The translations under genes and the position numbers were made by a program. 64,000 nt of DNA, from the IMG/VR virus record IMGVR_UViG_3300026549_000034, positions 32,001 through 96,000 of that record, one strand, 5' to 3'. The notes below the pieces were generated by a model. That model worked only from the letters and a program-made list of their open reading frames with translations. It was not told the DNA's origin and ran no database searches. Shown here in pieces: positions 50,801 through 60,266 of this stretch. How positions within the stretch are numbered: position 1 is the stretch's first letter; each line of letters begins with the position of its first letter. This stretch comes from a virus. Its lineage: Duplodnaviria > Caudoviricetes.

Positions 50801-51521
50801 GAAATCTAATAAGATAAACTATACAATGCTTAATAGAATTCGAAGATTTATAACAATTGAAGACAATAGAAGAAGAAAACGTCTTGATTTTCCTGTATAT
50901 AAATTTATATTAGATGCTCAAACATGGGCAAAGGATAATCCGTATGTATCTAAAGCTGATATAGATGAATGGATAGGAAAATATTCAGCAAAATTAGCAA
51001 ATGTAGTAAAAAATGCAATTGTAGATGATGTACAATTTTTAGAAACAATATATGATTTGACAGAAGAACTTTTTGATATAATAGTAATAAAGAAGAGACC
51101 AAAAAATGGAATAATACATATAGAACCATTTGAATTGCTATGGACAAAGAAAATTGATATAACAGATGTATATGGTGGATCTATTAATACTAAAGAATTC
51201 TTCTTACAAGATTTAGTTGAAAATATGAAATCAATGGAAGAATTAGAAGATGAAAGAATTAAGTCTATGGAATTACCTCATACAGATAAACTTAAATTAG
51301 AAGATGTTAAGGAACAAATAGAAAAGGTAATTAGTAAACCGTTTGCATATTATGAATATTCTGAAATTGATGGATCTAATGATAGATTCTTAAGAAAACA
51401 GAAGAATACAAATCATCTTGCAGATCAGATATTTGATAATCTTGAAAATATATTACCAGAAAAACAAAGTAAAATTATTAAACAAGAAATGAATGACTTA
51501 TTTGAAAATCAAAAAGTATAA
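47883..51521 (+). CDS. AEP primase (BT4734/VirE-N-like) + PriCT + SF2 helicase fusion
   Basis: IIDLDIK, KSAS..SLHIW; HNQRWQLA..L; AGAGYGKT, IDESH, MTGTP, TNYLSVGVDI, QFANRLR. Confidence 0.8.
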   Translation: MGNSINNYISNLYNFYKSTTQKNQSLTDILTNFSQISKDYKDIIKEKNIANNQYHYSSYNFVECTNEEQLDFINNQLQLIESLVTNSIYEKNGMIWNWYDIFNLITNAEYANTEKIKRKVVYSTTNVNRPIGDVSYNLWNGLQIIDLDIKNAELATNLKPLLFDNLKKYSWFLGICKSASKKSLHIWTKITPFTIENDHRRIEYLANFRHKYSYIYIVLLQLMDKFSYTKDDIIQYMDMAMCKPQQGIFISSDNEAMMNTNFIDLRLDVNFESACNNGIESINWISHPDLKERFRQLEWFSNDKVENEVQISNISELENRDVSKNKRIHYKHNQRWQLANTLAALYGEEKGLKIMVEICKDTPYQELKGDIHTAVIHNKPISEWAVKTLNRSHGFNIKIKENNEEYSKEIEKINEKISEDDSIDPTKILNDNTDRITLHLKSTQYLSDIKEDIVKNLGKITLLEAGAGYGKTEMIKSLKDKTLLILPFTSTIKAKVEASEVTKDWLYYYGNKRPTLDEILGHQNMSMTVDKFSRLNVMELDQADFKYIVIDESHLLFTSSYRDVMSPTIQRLANCNAKIIMMTGTPTGELLFFPGIKHIKVIKEDNRIKEFEIHLCHAKTEKLIQMCHSMGDDIIAGKKILYPSNKGNLHYEQIRGIIQEYLIEKGYNKPIRSFYYKKANYGEETMEEINVDKSIGNNDLIMCTNYLSVGVDICDKYNFSVYFSELWIPQDVEQFANRLRNNDLYLKMFLEKYDSSGYKINYNDTKPLNLNFNMVEMLVMRDFLRVVNDMIERNDEESKYNPMIYSLLTANKSLKYDENDCKFYIDETTYKLKIFEERYSEYSKQMNVLLNGLKYYGYTTNIIDHQEVISEEDITAVEELLKQYRHSHFNEQTVKTFKFLHHINDSNIDIYKEILKGSYSIFKDEEYKEVREENNIYAEDIEIVMKNLPIYLGLYKFYDPETIIEIFEYCKEKKSNKINYTMLNRIRRFITIEDNRRRKRLDFPVYKFILDAQTWAKDNPYVSKADIDEWIGKYSAKLANVVKNAIVDDVQFLETIYDLTEELFDIIVIKKRPKNGIIHIEPFELLWTKKIDITDVYGGSINTKEFFLQDLVENMKSMEELEDERIKSMELPHTDKLKLEDVKEQIEKVISKPFAYYEYSEIDGSNDRFLRKQKNTNHLADQIFDNLENILPEKQSKIIKQEMNDLFENQKV

Positions 51522-51586
51522 ATTTGAAAATCAAAAAGTATAAATTTGAAAATCAAAAAATATAAATTTGAAAATCAAAAATATAA
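51501..51586. repeat. ~4 tandem copies of 22-bp TTTGAAAATCAAAAA(G/A)TATAAA
   Basis: Copies start at 51501, 51523, 51545 and 51567 (last degenerate). Confidence 0.9.
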
Positions 51587-51603
51587 TTAAATATACAAAA
51601 TTT

Positions 51604-52002
51604 ATGGAAAATAATGAAAAGGTGATGGGTCTTGATGGAAAACTTTATGAACAAATAAAACCATCTGAAGAAAATGACCAAATGAAAGAATCTGTAGTAA
51701 ATCTAAAGAAAAAAGTACAGAAGACAAAAGAAAATGTAAAGACAGGAATGATCATGGATGAACTTGAAGATGTAAAACTTGATGAAAACAATTCAAGAAC
51801 TATTGATCAATTTGATAATCCAGTTACTGGTAAACTTGATGAAAACACATTACAAAAACTTATGGCTTATAGAAATCGTAAACCATCTATACGAGAATAT
51901 AAGATAGGAAGAAATGATCCTTGTCCATGCGGTAGTGGAAAAAAATATAAAAACTGTTGCTTAAAGACAGGTAAATATGAACAACTAATTAAGAAAGGAT
52001 AA
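51604..52002 (+). CDS. SEC-C motif (Zn-binding) protein
   Basis: [20 protein letters not shown]; ATG 51604 preferred because TTG 51568 lies within the repeat. Confidence 0.8.
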   Translation: MENNEKVMGLDGKLYEQIKPSEENDQMKESVVNLKKKVQKTKENVKTGMIMDELEDVKLDENNSRTIDQFDNPVTGKLDENTLQKLMAYRNRKPSIREYKIGRNDPCPCGSGKKYKNCCLKTGKYEQLIKKG

Positions 52003-52025
52003 TTTAAGTTATCCTTTTTCTTTTT
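51992..52025 (+). terminator. intrinsic terminator
   Basis: AAAGGATAATTTAAGTTATCCTTTT. Confidence 0.7.
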
Positions 52026-52058
52026 AAATTATTCTAAAATTTATACTATATTTAAAAT

Positions 52059-52694
52059 ATGACAGACAATTACAATAATATTTATGAATATATGCATAAT
52101 CTTGGTATAGTTAATACTAAAGATGAAGCAATGAAAAGTGATTTGTTTTTTGATATACAATTAATTCGACGTGGTAAGGATCATCCAAATATGCCAGCAG
52201 CTAATTATACATTTAAGACTTATTATTTTGATAGTCTTGAAATGTTTAGTAAGTCTTATGATGAAATAAAGAAATGCTGTGAAATTTTTGGCTTACGAGC
52301 ATATGTTAGTGTAAATGTGAAATCAAAACAAGAGGCTGCTAAGAAAACACTTGAAAAATATGCACATAATATAGTTACAAATGAATATACAAAACCTTGG
52401 AAAGATTTTTCATCTATTTGTGGTGGTCTTAAGGGTAAAACTAAAAGATGGGTAATTGATTGTGATGACACTAATTCAGAATCTAACTATATTAAAGAAA
52501 TAAGTAGAATTATTACAACATGTGATTCTGAATATGCAAATCCAATTGTTACTACTATTAAGACAAAATCTGGTATTCATTTAATTACTAATCCATTTAA
52601 TATTAAACAATTTAAAAATTTATGTAATTATAATGGACTAGAAATTCCAGCTATTCAATTAAATCATATGACATTACTTTATGAAAATCTATAA
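52059..52694 (+). CDS. hypothetical protein with AEP-like DxD/H motifs
   Basis: RRGKD, RAY, WVIDCD, KTKSGIHLIT.PF. Confidence 0.55.
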   Translation: MTDNYNNIYEYMHNLGIVNTKDEAMKSDLFFDIQLIRRGKDHPNMPAANYTFKTYYFDSLEMFSKSYDEIKKCCEIFGLRAYVSVNVKSKQEAAKKTLEKYAHNIVTNEYTKPWKDFSSICGGLKGKTKRWVIDCDDTNSESNYIKEISRIITTCDSEYANPIVTTIKTKSGIHLITNPFNIKQFKNLCNYNGLEIPAIQLNHMTLLYENL

Positions 52695-52757
52695 AATTTT
52701 TTGAATATTATTAAAATTTTTACTATATTAAAAAAGTAAATTAAAAATATATTCAAA

Positions 52758-53438
52758 ATGAAAAGAAATGCTGGTTATAATTTGTTAGTAATATTTTTTA
52801 TGATTGCAATGTGTCATAGATTTTATTCTTTGACAACATTAGAAGTAAAAGCTGATAACATTAAGCATATTGCTATTCTTAATGACAGCGTAATAGAAAA
52901 CAAATTGATTGAAACGGCAAAGATAGATGTAAATAATAAATCTATTTTAAAAGTAAAAAACAAAAAATATACATTGTCAAAAATTGGTAAGGATTTTATA
53001 AAGTCAAATGAAACATGTGTATTAGATGCTTATAATGATCCAGATCCAAAAAGACGTTCTGTTGGCTGGGGACATCAAATTAGACCAGGTGAGAATCTTG
53101 AACATATTACACAAAAGAAAGCAGATGAACTTTTTGAAAAGGATATTGAATGGGTAAATGATGCTATTAATAGATTAATTGCGAAGAATGACAATAGATT
53201 TACTTATTCACAAGGATTTATTGATGGTCTTGGAAGTCTTATTTATAACTGCGGTGAACGTGGTGTAACATTGACAGAATTCTGGAGTAGATGGCAAAAA
53301 TGCAGATATAACAGTAAAATTGGAAATATAAATGAAAATGATTTGACTTATACAATATCTGCAGTAAAGACAAGTAGAATATCAGCACCAGGACATATAC
53401 AAAGAAGATATAGAGAACATTTAATGATGCTTAATTAA
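52758..53438 (+). CDS. GH24-like lysozyme with N-terminal signal/anchor
   Basis: FIKSNE...AYND...SVGWGH..ITQ..A..LF..D, SLIYNCG, RR.RE; hydrophobic N-terminus. Confidence 0.8.
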   Translation: MKRNAGYNLLVIFFMIAMCHRFYSLTTLEVKADNIKHIAILNDSVIENKLIETAKIDVNNKSILKVKNKKYTLSKIGKDFIKSNETCVLDAYNDPDPKRRSVGWGHQIRPGENLEHITQKKADELFEKDIEWVNDAINRLIAKNDNRFTYSQGFIDGLGSLIYNCGERGVTLTEFWSRWQKCRYNSKIGNINENDLTYTISAVKTSRISAPGHIQRRYREHLMMLN

Positions 53439-53473
53439 TTTTAAATTAATTTTTTATATTGTTTTATTTTATG

Positions 53474-53505
53474 AAAGATATCTCTGAAATATGAGATATC
53501 TTTTT
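53474..53505 (+). terminator. intrinsic terminator
   Basis: AAAGATATCTC-TGAAATAT-GAGATATCTTTTT. Confidence 0.7.
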
Positions 53506-53541
53506 ATTTTTAAATATATAAAGTGAATATATAGATTAACA

Positions 53542-55896
53542 ATGGGTTTATTAAAGAATTTATTTAACGGATTGGGTAAAAGCAGTTTTTCAAATAATAA
53601 TATATCCGATATATCTGATGGAATAGAGAATAATCCATCTTCAAAAAATGTAATACTATCATACGGTGGTGGTTTTACAGATTCAGTTATGGGATTTCAA
53701 TCATGGGGTTTGAATAATTCTCAATTTGGAAAACATATAAATAAGTTACATTCTGTAAAAGATATTAAATCATTTAACTTAGAAAATATTCGTACACGTT
53801 TCTATAAAGATAATAGAAGTGTGACGCAATTCGAAAATCCATTAGATACAAATATATATACACCTTATAAATCTTATTATGGTAATAGTTCGGTAAATAA
53901 TACTGTAAGCAATGTAGAAAATATATTTAATCCTGATGTTAATTCATTATTATTAATGAATAACTATAAGTTTCAATATAAAAACCCAATAAATGTAAAA
54001 ATAGATGAATATGCTGATAAGGATGGAAACAAGAAAGCAAAATATGTTCCTATAAAAGTTGTACCTGCATTATTTAATCCTTTATATACTGTACAATCAA
54101 TAGGTATGGCCCGTAATACACCTTTACTTAATTTACGAAATTATGAAGGATATGGGGACGGAACTACATATAGTAATAATGTAGATACAAGTGATTGTAC
54201 TATAAGAACATTAGTAAAATTGTCTAGACTTGACTATGGTGAACTTGGTACAGCAAGATATAAATATGCAGATTTTATGTATTGTAAAGATCTTGGAAAG
54301 GTATCTAATAACCATTTAATAACATTACGTAAATATCCATATCCTATAGGTGACAATATTACTGGTAGAAATTCTGCATTATTTAATACTGGTGATGTTG
54401 GGCGTTTAATTACATGGTTTGATACGGAAGACAATAAAATTGAAGATATATTAAGTTATAGTTTTAAGGCTACGTGGAAAGAATTAACTTCAGAAAGACA
54501 GGATATTGATAGTAAGGCTGGTGATGAAGCTCGTGGACCAATTGGAAAAATACTTAATACACTTAATCCTGCAGCAAATAAATCTATATATAGTGGTGGC
54601 GCTGGTGGTGGTTCTAATTTAAGCATATTTCCAAATGTTCAAACAAAAGATAGTGGTTACACTGACATCCAAAGAGCATATGACAAAAACAAAGTATATA
54701 CTCCTTTTGATACCATACAAGACACCCATACATATGAAGGTAAATTACAGTTTGCACATGAATTCAAATTGACGTTTTCATATAAATTAAGAGCATATGA
54801 CAATATAAATCCAAAATCAGCATTCTTAGATTTAATTGGTAATATACTTGAAGTAACATATCGTAGAGGAAGATTCTGGGGTGGTGAACGTAAACTTATT
54901 GGAATGCCAGAAAATAAAACAGGATGGCAAAAGGCAAATGCATTTTTAGACAATACTTTTATGGAAACATCAGATGTATTTAATTCTATATTAAATGGAA
55001 CATTTGATTTTAAGTCAATAATAAGTAAAGTAACAGCATTTATAAGTGGTGGATTAACATGGGATTCTATAAAAAATTTTGGGCAACAAGCAAAAGAAAC
55101 TGCTAAAGAGATTTTAAGTAGTTCACAAGTTGTTGAAGGATTTTTAGGATCATTAAAAAATAAATTAGGTCGACCATCTGTATATGCAACTGATTCATTA
55201 TTAACCGGAGACAATGTGGGACTTTGGCATGTAACTATAGGTAATCCTCGTAATCCTATTATGAGTATGGGCAATCTTATATTGACAGATACAGTAATAC
55301 AACATTTAGGACCATTAGGATTAGATGATTTCCCAACTGAACTTAAAGTAACTGTAACATTAAAGCACGCACGTAGTAGAGATGCCGTTGATATTAGTAG
55401 AATGTATACAAGTGGTGAAAATACTATTTATTATAGTTTTAAAAATCCTGGTTTAAAAAACTGGATTGCTGGTGTTGATCAAGATTACGAAATGAAAGAT
55501 GTACAAAGACAAACTAAATATGAGGGTAAAGATATATCAACTGGTAACAATAATGATCAAACACAAGAGCAACAAAACAAAGAAAATCAACAAAATCAAC
55601 AAAATCAACAAAAAGACGGTATAGTTGAAGAAAAAGTTACATATGATTCTGGAAAAGTACAATATGTTGATAAAGATGGTAAAACTGTTGTATATGATGG
55701 TACGGTTTCACAATTTAGAAGTAATCAGCTAGATAAGTATTTGATTGAGAACAACCATGCACTTTTTGATAAAGATAATATTACAGGAATACTTGATTAT
55801 AATGACATTAGTCAACCAAATACACCACCAGAAATTGAGCAGACTAATCAATTATTAGCATTTGATAGAGTTTGCGTACTTAATGAATTAGCCTAA
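53542..55896 (+). CDS. probable baseplate/tail-tube-initiator-like structural protein
   Basis: 784 aa; WHVTIGNP.NPI..GNLI..GPLGLDDFPTELKVTVTL resembles gp48/gp54-type folds (recollection, unverified). Confidence 0.45.
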   Translation: MGLLKNLFNGLGKSSFSNNNISDISDGIENNPSSKNVILSYGGGFTDSVMGFQSWGLNNSQFGKHINKLHSVKDIKSFNLENIRTRFYKDNRSVTQFENPLDTNIYTPYKSYYGNSSVNNTVSNVENIFNPDVNSLLLMNNYKFQYKNPINVKIDEYADKDGNKKAKYVPIKVVPALFNPLYTVQSIGMARNTPLLNLRNYEGYGDGTTYSNNVDTSDCTIRTLVKLSRLDYGELGTARYKYADFMYCKDLGKVSNNHLITLRKYPYPIGDNITGRNSALFNTGDVGRLITWFDTEDNKIEDILSYSFKATWKELTSERQDIDSKAGDEARGPIGKILNTLNPAANKSIYSGGAGGGSNLSIFPNVQTKDSGYTDIQRAYDKNKVYTPFDTIQDTHTYEGKLQFAHEFKLTFSYKLRAYDNINPKSAFLDLIGNILEVTYRRGRFWGGERKLIGMPENKTGWQKANAFLDNTFMETSDVFNSILNGTFDFKSIISKVTAFISGGLTWDSIKNFGQQAKETAKEILSSSQVVEGFLGSLKNKLGRPSVYATDSLLTGDNVGLWHVTIGNPRNPIMSMGNLILTDTVIQHLGPLGLDDFPTELKVTVTLKHARSRDAVDISRMYTSGENTIYYSFKNPGLKNWIAGVDQDYEMKDVQRQTKYEGKDISTGNNNDQTQEQQNKENQQNQQNQQKDGIVEEKVTYDSGKVQYVDKDGKTVVYDGTVSQFRSNQLDKYLIENNHALFDKDNITGILDYNDISQPNTPPEIEQTNQLLAFDRVCVLNELA

Positions 55897-55973
55897 ATTA
55901 TTTATTAAATATTTAAAATCTATATAATAACTAATACTATTTTAAAACATAATAATATGTTTTTTGATAAACT

Positions 55974-57038
55974 GTGGAAAATAAACTTTTATACATTGGA
56001 TTAAATGGTTTTGCTGGTGCTGGAAAAGATACTGTGGCCAAAATGCTAAAGACTATATTAGGATATAATTGGAATATTTTAGAAGATTGTAAGAAATTTT
56101 ATAATGAAATATATACAAATCCTGCTTGGACAGCAACATATCATACTGCTAATATAGATAAAGATGCAAATACAAAGGTTTTATGTATTGCTTATGCTGA
56201 TCAATTAAAAATGATATGTTCATCAATTTTTGGTATACCATTTGAACGTTTTTATATGAATAAGTCAAATGCATGGGTATGTATTAATGATAAATTCCAA
56301 TATACTGAAATAAAACCAGCATCTTCATTAATTATAACATCGGATGATTACTATTATTCATATGACAATTATATAAATAGTAATGATCAATATTGGATGT
56401 CTTTAAGAGATATTCTTGTATATGTTGGAACTTATGTATTACAGCAAAAAATAAATAAGAATATATTTGTTAATATTGTTCGTAATAAGATAAAGCAATT
56501 ATATGAAGAAAACAATAATCTGGAATATGTAATTGTAACAGACAATAGATTTATTCATGAACTAGAATATATAAAAGAAAATAATGGTATTACTATATCT
56601 ATTTTTAGAGATTCCATTGAGCAATTAGATAATGTAGCGGAACATGAACTAGATGCTATTGAAGAATATGACTTTGTGATAGACAATTCAAGAGGATATG
56701 ATGAATTATTTCAGGAAGTTTGGGATCTTGTACATGATAATATAGAATTTAAAAATGTTACATATTCATTATATACTCGTGACAATATAGACAATTATAT
56801 TAGACTATATCAAGAGACAGATGATGAACTAATATGGAAGTTATGTGTTCCGTATGGTATTCAAAAAATATATAAAGATGAATCTAACAATATAAAGTTG
56901 ATAGATCCAATAGGTGGTCCTACTATATATATGAATGAATATTTGGACATTAATAACAATAAACTTTTAGTAAACAAGATAATTCATAATGAAATTACAA
57001 ATCAATTCATTATTTATACAAACAAAGGAAATTCTTAA
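55974..57038 (+). CDS. deoxynucleoside monophosphate kinase (T4 gp1-like)
   Basis: IGLNGFAGAGKDTVA, AYADQLK, LRDIL..VGT, VTDNRF..E, HxxE-like region. Confidence 0.85.
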   Translation: MENKLLYIGLNGFAGAGKDTVAKMLKTILGYNWNILEDCKKFYNEIYTNPAWTATYHTANIDKDANTKVLCIAYADQLKMICSSIFGIPFERFYMNKSNAWVCINDKFQYTEIKPASSLIITSDDYYYSYDNYINSNDQYWMSLRDILVYVGTYVLQQKINKNIFVNIVRNKIKQLYEENNNLEYVIVTDNRFIHELEYIKENNGITISIFRDSIEQLDNVAEHELDAIEEYDFVIDNSRGYDELFQEVWDLVHDNIEFKNVTYSLYTRDNIDNYIRLYQETDDELIWKLCVPYGIQKIYKDESNNIKLIDPIGGPTIYMNEYLDINNNKLLVNKIIHNEITNQFIIYTNKGNS

Positions 57039-57052
57039 GAGTTTCCTTTTTT
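57023..57052 (+). terminator. intrinsic terminator
   Basis: AAAGGAAATTCTTAAGAGTTTCCTTTTTT. Confidence 0.7.
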
Positions 57053-57109
57053 GATATGATATTATTGACTTTTTAATATTTTTAAATATATAAATAAAGT
57101 CAATAGTTT

Positions 57110-57967
57110 ATGATCTTTAAAAAACCTCTATTTAATGTTAAACCGTTAAAAAAGATATCTTCATTTATTGAATCTTCTAAAGAATCAATAGAGGAATCAA
57201 TTTATAAAAGAGCAGATCAATTACGTCAACAGTTAAAGAGAAGTTTTTTTCAAGAAAGTAAACAAAGTGAATATTCAATCAATTCATTAAAGTTAGTACA
57301 TCATGGTATAGATACAACAACCGAAATTATTGAAAATATTGATATGATATGGAAAGACTTAATAAAAGAAGTATTTGAAATATATGGAATTAATTTTGGT
57401 GTTACATTACCAAATGTTGAATATCATAACTATTTAATTAATAACCCTATTAATTTACAAGCAAATATGAATGCTATATGTGGAATTAGTCAAGAAATGC
57501 TTGATGCAATTTGTAAGTATGAAACAGGACATCCATTTGGATATGCAATGGAGGAAAAGGATTTGAATGGATATGATCTTGGTGATGCAGGCGGTCATTT
57601 AACATTTGGCTATGGACTTTTATATCATCCAACCGGGGGATTTATGGATAGTATTAAGAAACAATGGACGCAGGAAGAACTTGAAGGACTTTTCTTAGAA
57701 CATATAAACAAAAAGGTTGAATTAGTAAAGAAAAAAGCTACTTCTGCCAATGTATCATTAAATCAACATCAAATAGATGCTATGGTGTGTGCAATGTACA
57801 ACTTTGGTGATGGTTTCCTAAATAGACAACTTGGACAAATGATATTGGCAAATCCTAATGATTCAAAAATATATGATACATGGGTACATTTATCAGATGC
57901 TCAAGGTCGAAGATATCCTGGATTGATTAAAAGAAGAAAGTTTGAAGCTGATTGGTACGTATCATAA
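57110..57967 (+). CDS. GH24-like lysozyme with N-terminal extension
   Basis: KYE...D..G.LTFGYG, LNQHQIDAM..YNFG, GLIKRRKFEA. Confidence 0.8.
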   Translation: MIFKKPLFNVKPLKKISSFIESSKESIEESIYKRADQLRQQLKRSFFQESKQSEYSINSLKLVHHGIDTTTEIIENIDMIWKDLIKEVFEIYGINFGVTLPNVEYHNYLINNPINLQANMNAICGISQEMLDAICKYETGHPFGYAMEEKDLNGYDLGDAGGHLTFGYGLLYHPTGGFMDSIKKQWTQEELEGLFLEHINKKVELVKKKATSANVSLNQHQIDAMVCAMYNFGDGFLNRQLGQMILANPNDSKIYDTWVHLSDAQGRRYPGLIKRRKFEADWYVS

Positions 57968-57994
57968 AATATATGTGATAAAGTATAAATAATA

Positions 57995-58558
57995 ATGGAA
58001 TATAGTGGTGAAACATTTTCAGATGAAAACGGTATATATACTCAACATGGTATATTAGAAGGAATATTAAACTTCACACAAATAAATTCCTCATCTAATA
58101 GTATTAAAATTGCAACGGAGGCAGGTGTATCATTGGATCCATCATTATTTAAGTATAATCCAAATGGTTTCAATATATTTAATGCATGTAAGTTTCTATT
58201 AGATAGAGCTTATCCAAGATATATAAAGGGATTATGTGGGTATTGCGCGCGAGCAGTTAGACAAGCGCTTGAAGCTGGTGGTTTGTCAACTGCTGGTAGA
58301 CCCGGTGAAGCAAAATATTATGTTAATTTTCTACCTAAGTTAGGATTTAAGCACATTGGTACTTATACTAGAGCAAATGAACATACATATTCACCGCAAC
58401 CTGGAGATATTGCATGCTATCCACAAGTAGACAGACCGGACAGACCGGGCCACATATGTATGTTTACAGGTACTTATTGGGTATCTGATTATATACAAAG
58501 AAGAATGATGGAATATGGGCCTAATCAATACGCCTATATCTTTAGATTCCAATCTTAA
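57995..58558 (+). CDS. NlpC/P60-CHAP-like peptidoglycan amidase/peptidase
   Basis: GYCARAVRQAL, PQPGDI, GHICMF..WVSDY.Q. Confidence 0.8.
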   Translation: MEYSGETFSDENGIYTQHGILEGILNFTQINSSSNSIKIATEAGVSLDPSLFKYNPNGFNIFNACKFLLDRAYPRYIKGLCGYCARAVRQALEAGGLSTAGRPGEAKYYVNFLPKLGFKHIGTYTRANEHTYSPQPGDIACYPQVDRPDRPGHICMFTGTYWVSDYIQRRMMEYGPNQYAYIFRFQS

Positions 58559-58589
58559 AAAAATATACAAATATAGACAATAATTAATT

Positions 58590-60242
58590 ATGGAAGATAT
58601 ATCAAATATGACATATAATTTAGGATCTTGCAATCCTACACAAATACTTAATATTAATTTTCCTATTGATGATGTTGATCAAATTAGTATTATAGATGAT
58701 TGTGGTAATGCATATGACAAAAATTCATTATTATATTCATATAGTGTAGATAGTGTATGTTGGTCATGTTATATGTCATATGATAATATACTCAAGAATA
58801 CTGTTGATTTAGATGGTGATTTCTATATAAGATATAAGTTAAATAATATCATTGGTGAAGTACAGGACAACGGTGAGCCTACTACAGACTATACTACACA
58901 ACTTTCATCAGATTTTGAATTGACAACATGTGAGACACAATCAGCAAATGTATTTAATCCGTATGCAAACTTAGATAATGCAGTAAATCTTCAATCACAA
59001 CTTACTGAAACAATATCTTGTATGTTTGGTATACCTATATATTATTTTAAGCTTAAAGCTGATGCAGGCGCTCAAGATATTACATTCAAAGAATATGCAT
59101 TAATGAATGTTGATAGTGTAAAACAAATTAAATTACTTATTGCTGATGGACAAATGCCTTCATCAAAACCAGAATTTAATGATTTTGGATTAGACTTCCA
59201 GACCGATTGGGAAACAGAAATTTCAAAAGCAACATTTGCAACAGCATTTGGGAATACTGCACAGCCAACTGAAGGTGATTTTATCTATATACCAATGATG
59301 AAACGAATGTGGATGGTAAATCAGGCATATGAAGAAAAAAATGGTTCATTAATGTGGAATGCTACAACATTTAAAGTAATGCTTGTAAAATATCAAGAAA
59401 AAGGATCAGTAGATTTACAAGACACTGAATCATTAGTCAATTCATTAGTAAAGAATAAATATGAAGATTTGTTTGGTAATGATGACAATTCTACCTATGA
59501 TTCAGGAACAGCTTCTACAGATGCACCAGTAAGCGCATCATCTCAATTATATTCTGTATATGAATCTGATGCAACTCGCAAATATGTTACTTGTGATACT
59601 GTTTCATATGACAATGTTTCAACATATTTCAAAGGAACATTAATTAGTGATTCCAGATATATGTTTCTACGTAATGATGTAGAATCAAGAATAGTATATC
59701 AACAAAGATATTGTGGTAATAGCGCAGCAATATCATTCATTATTACTCCTAATGTAGAAACTGGAATAGACAATACTATTCTTAAAGTTGGTAATTGCGA
59801 AATAAAAATTAAGCAAGAAATTCAAACATCGTATTTGTATACTTCAATATACCCAGACAATGGCATTACTATATATAATAATTCTACATATTTTGTTGTA
59901 ATAAGATGGGATTTGGGAATGAACTTATTTGATATGTCGGTTTATGAATATACGTATAATCAAAACATTCCTCAATATAAACTAACAAATAGTCATTATT
60001 ATTATGATATTGATAATCCTACACAACAAATATCATTAAAATATAGTCAAGAACTAATTGATGATGAAGGGCATGATGTGTGGGTAGGAAATTTCAACGG
60101 TTTTATAACTAATATTAAAGTATTTGATGTATATAATGATAATATTAGTGAGCTTCTGCAAATGTATCCTACACATCAGCATTTAATGATTAATGATACT
60201 GCAAGAAGAATTATGGGAAATACTGGAGTAGTATTAAAATAA
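58590..60242 (+). CDS. neck/head-completion protein, T4 gp14-like, with extra N- and C-terminal domains
   Basis: FGIPIYYF, FGL, ISK..F..FG..PTEGDFIYIPM. Confidence 0.65.
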   Translation: MEDISNMTYNLGSCNPTQILNINFPIDDVDQISIIDDCGNAYDKNSLLYSYSVDSVCWSCYMSYDNILKNTVDLDGDFYIRYKLNNIIGEVQDNGEPTTDYTTQLSSDFELTTCETQSANVFNPYANLDNAVNLQSQLTETISCMFGIPIYYFKLKADAGAQDITFKEYALMNVDSVKQIKLLIADGQMPSSKPEFNDFGLDFQTDWETEISKATFATAFGNTAQPTEGDFIYIPMMKRMWMVNQAYEEKNGSLMWNATTFKVMLVKYQEKGSVDLQDTESLVNSLVKNKYEDLFGNDDNSTYDSGTASTDAPVSASSQLYSVYESDATRKYVTCDTVSYDNVSTYFKGTLISDSRYMFLRNDVESRIVYQQRYCGNSAAISFIITPNVETGIDNTILKVGNCEIKIKQEIQTSYLYTSIYPDNGITIYNNSTYFVVIRWDLGMNLFDMSVYEYTYNQNIPQYKLTNSHYYYDIDNPTQQISLKYSQELIDDEGHDVWVGNFNGFITNIKVFDVYNDNISELLQMYPTHQHLMINDTARRIMGNTGVVLK

Positions 60243-60266
60243 TATTTAATTTAATGATTTTTTAAA

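Noticed and set aside
51501-51586. CRISPR array
   Set aside because: Repeats are head-to-tail with no spacers, and no cas genes are present.
55560-55612. CAACAAAAT(C) micro-repeats
   Set aside because: Low-complexity Gln/Asn linker within the CDS.
730-58633. Many short ORFs antisense to or nested in longer genes (e.g. 1120..1545, 14205..14618, 54657..55274, 5940..6149)
   Set aside because: Shadow frames of well-supported genes, with no motifs; 5940..6149 is the antisense of the 5986..6162 membrane protein.
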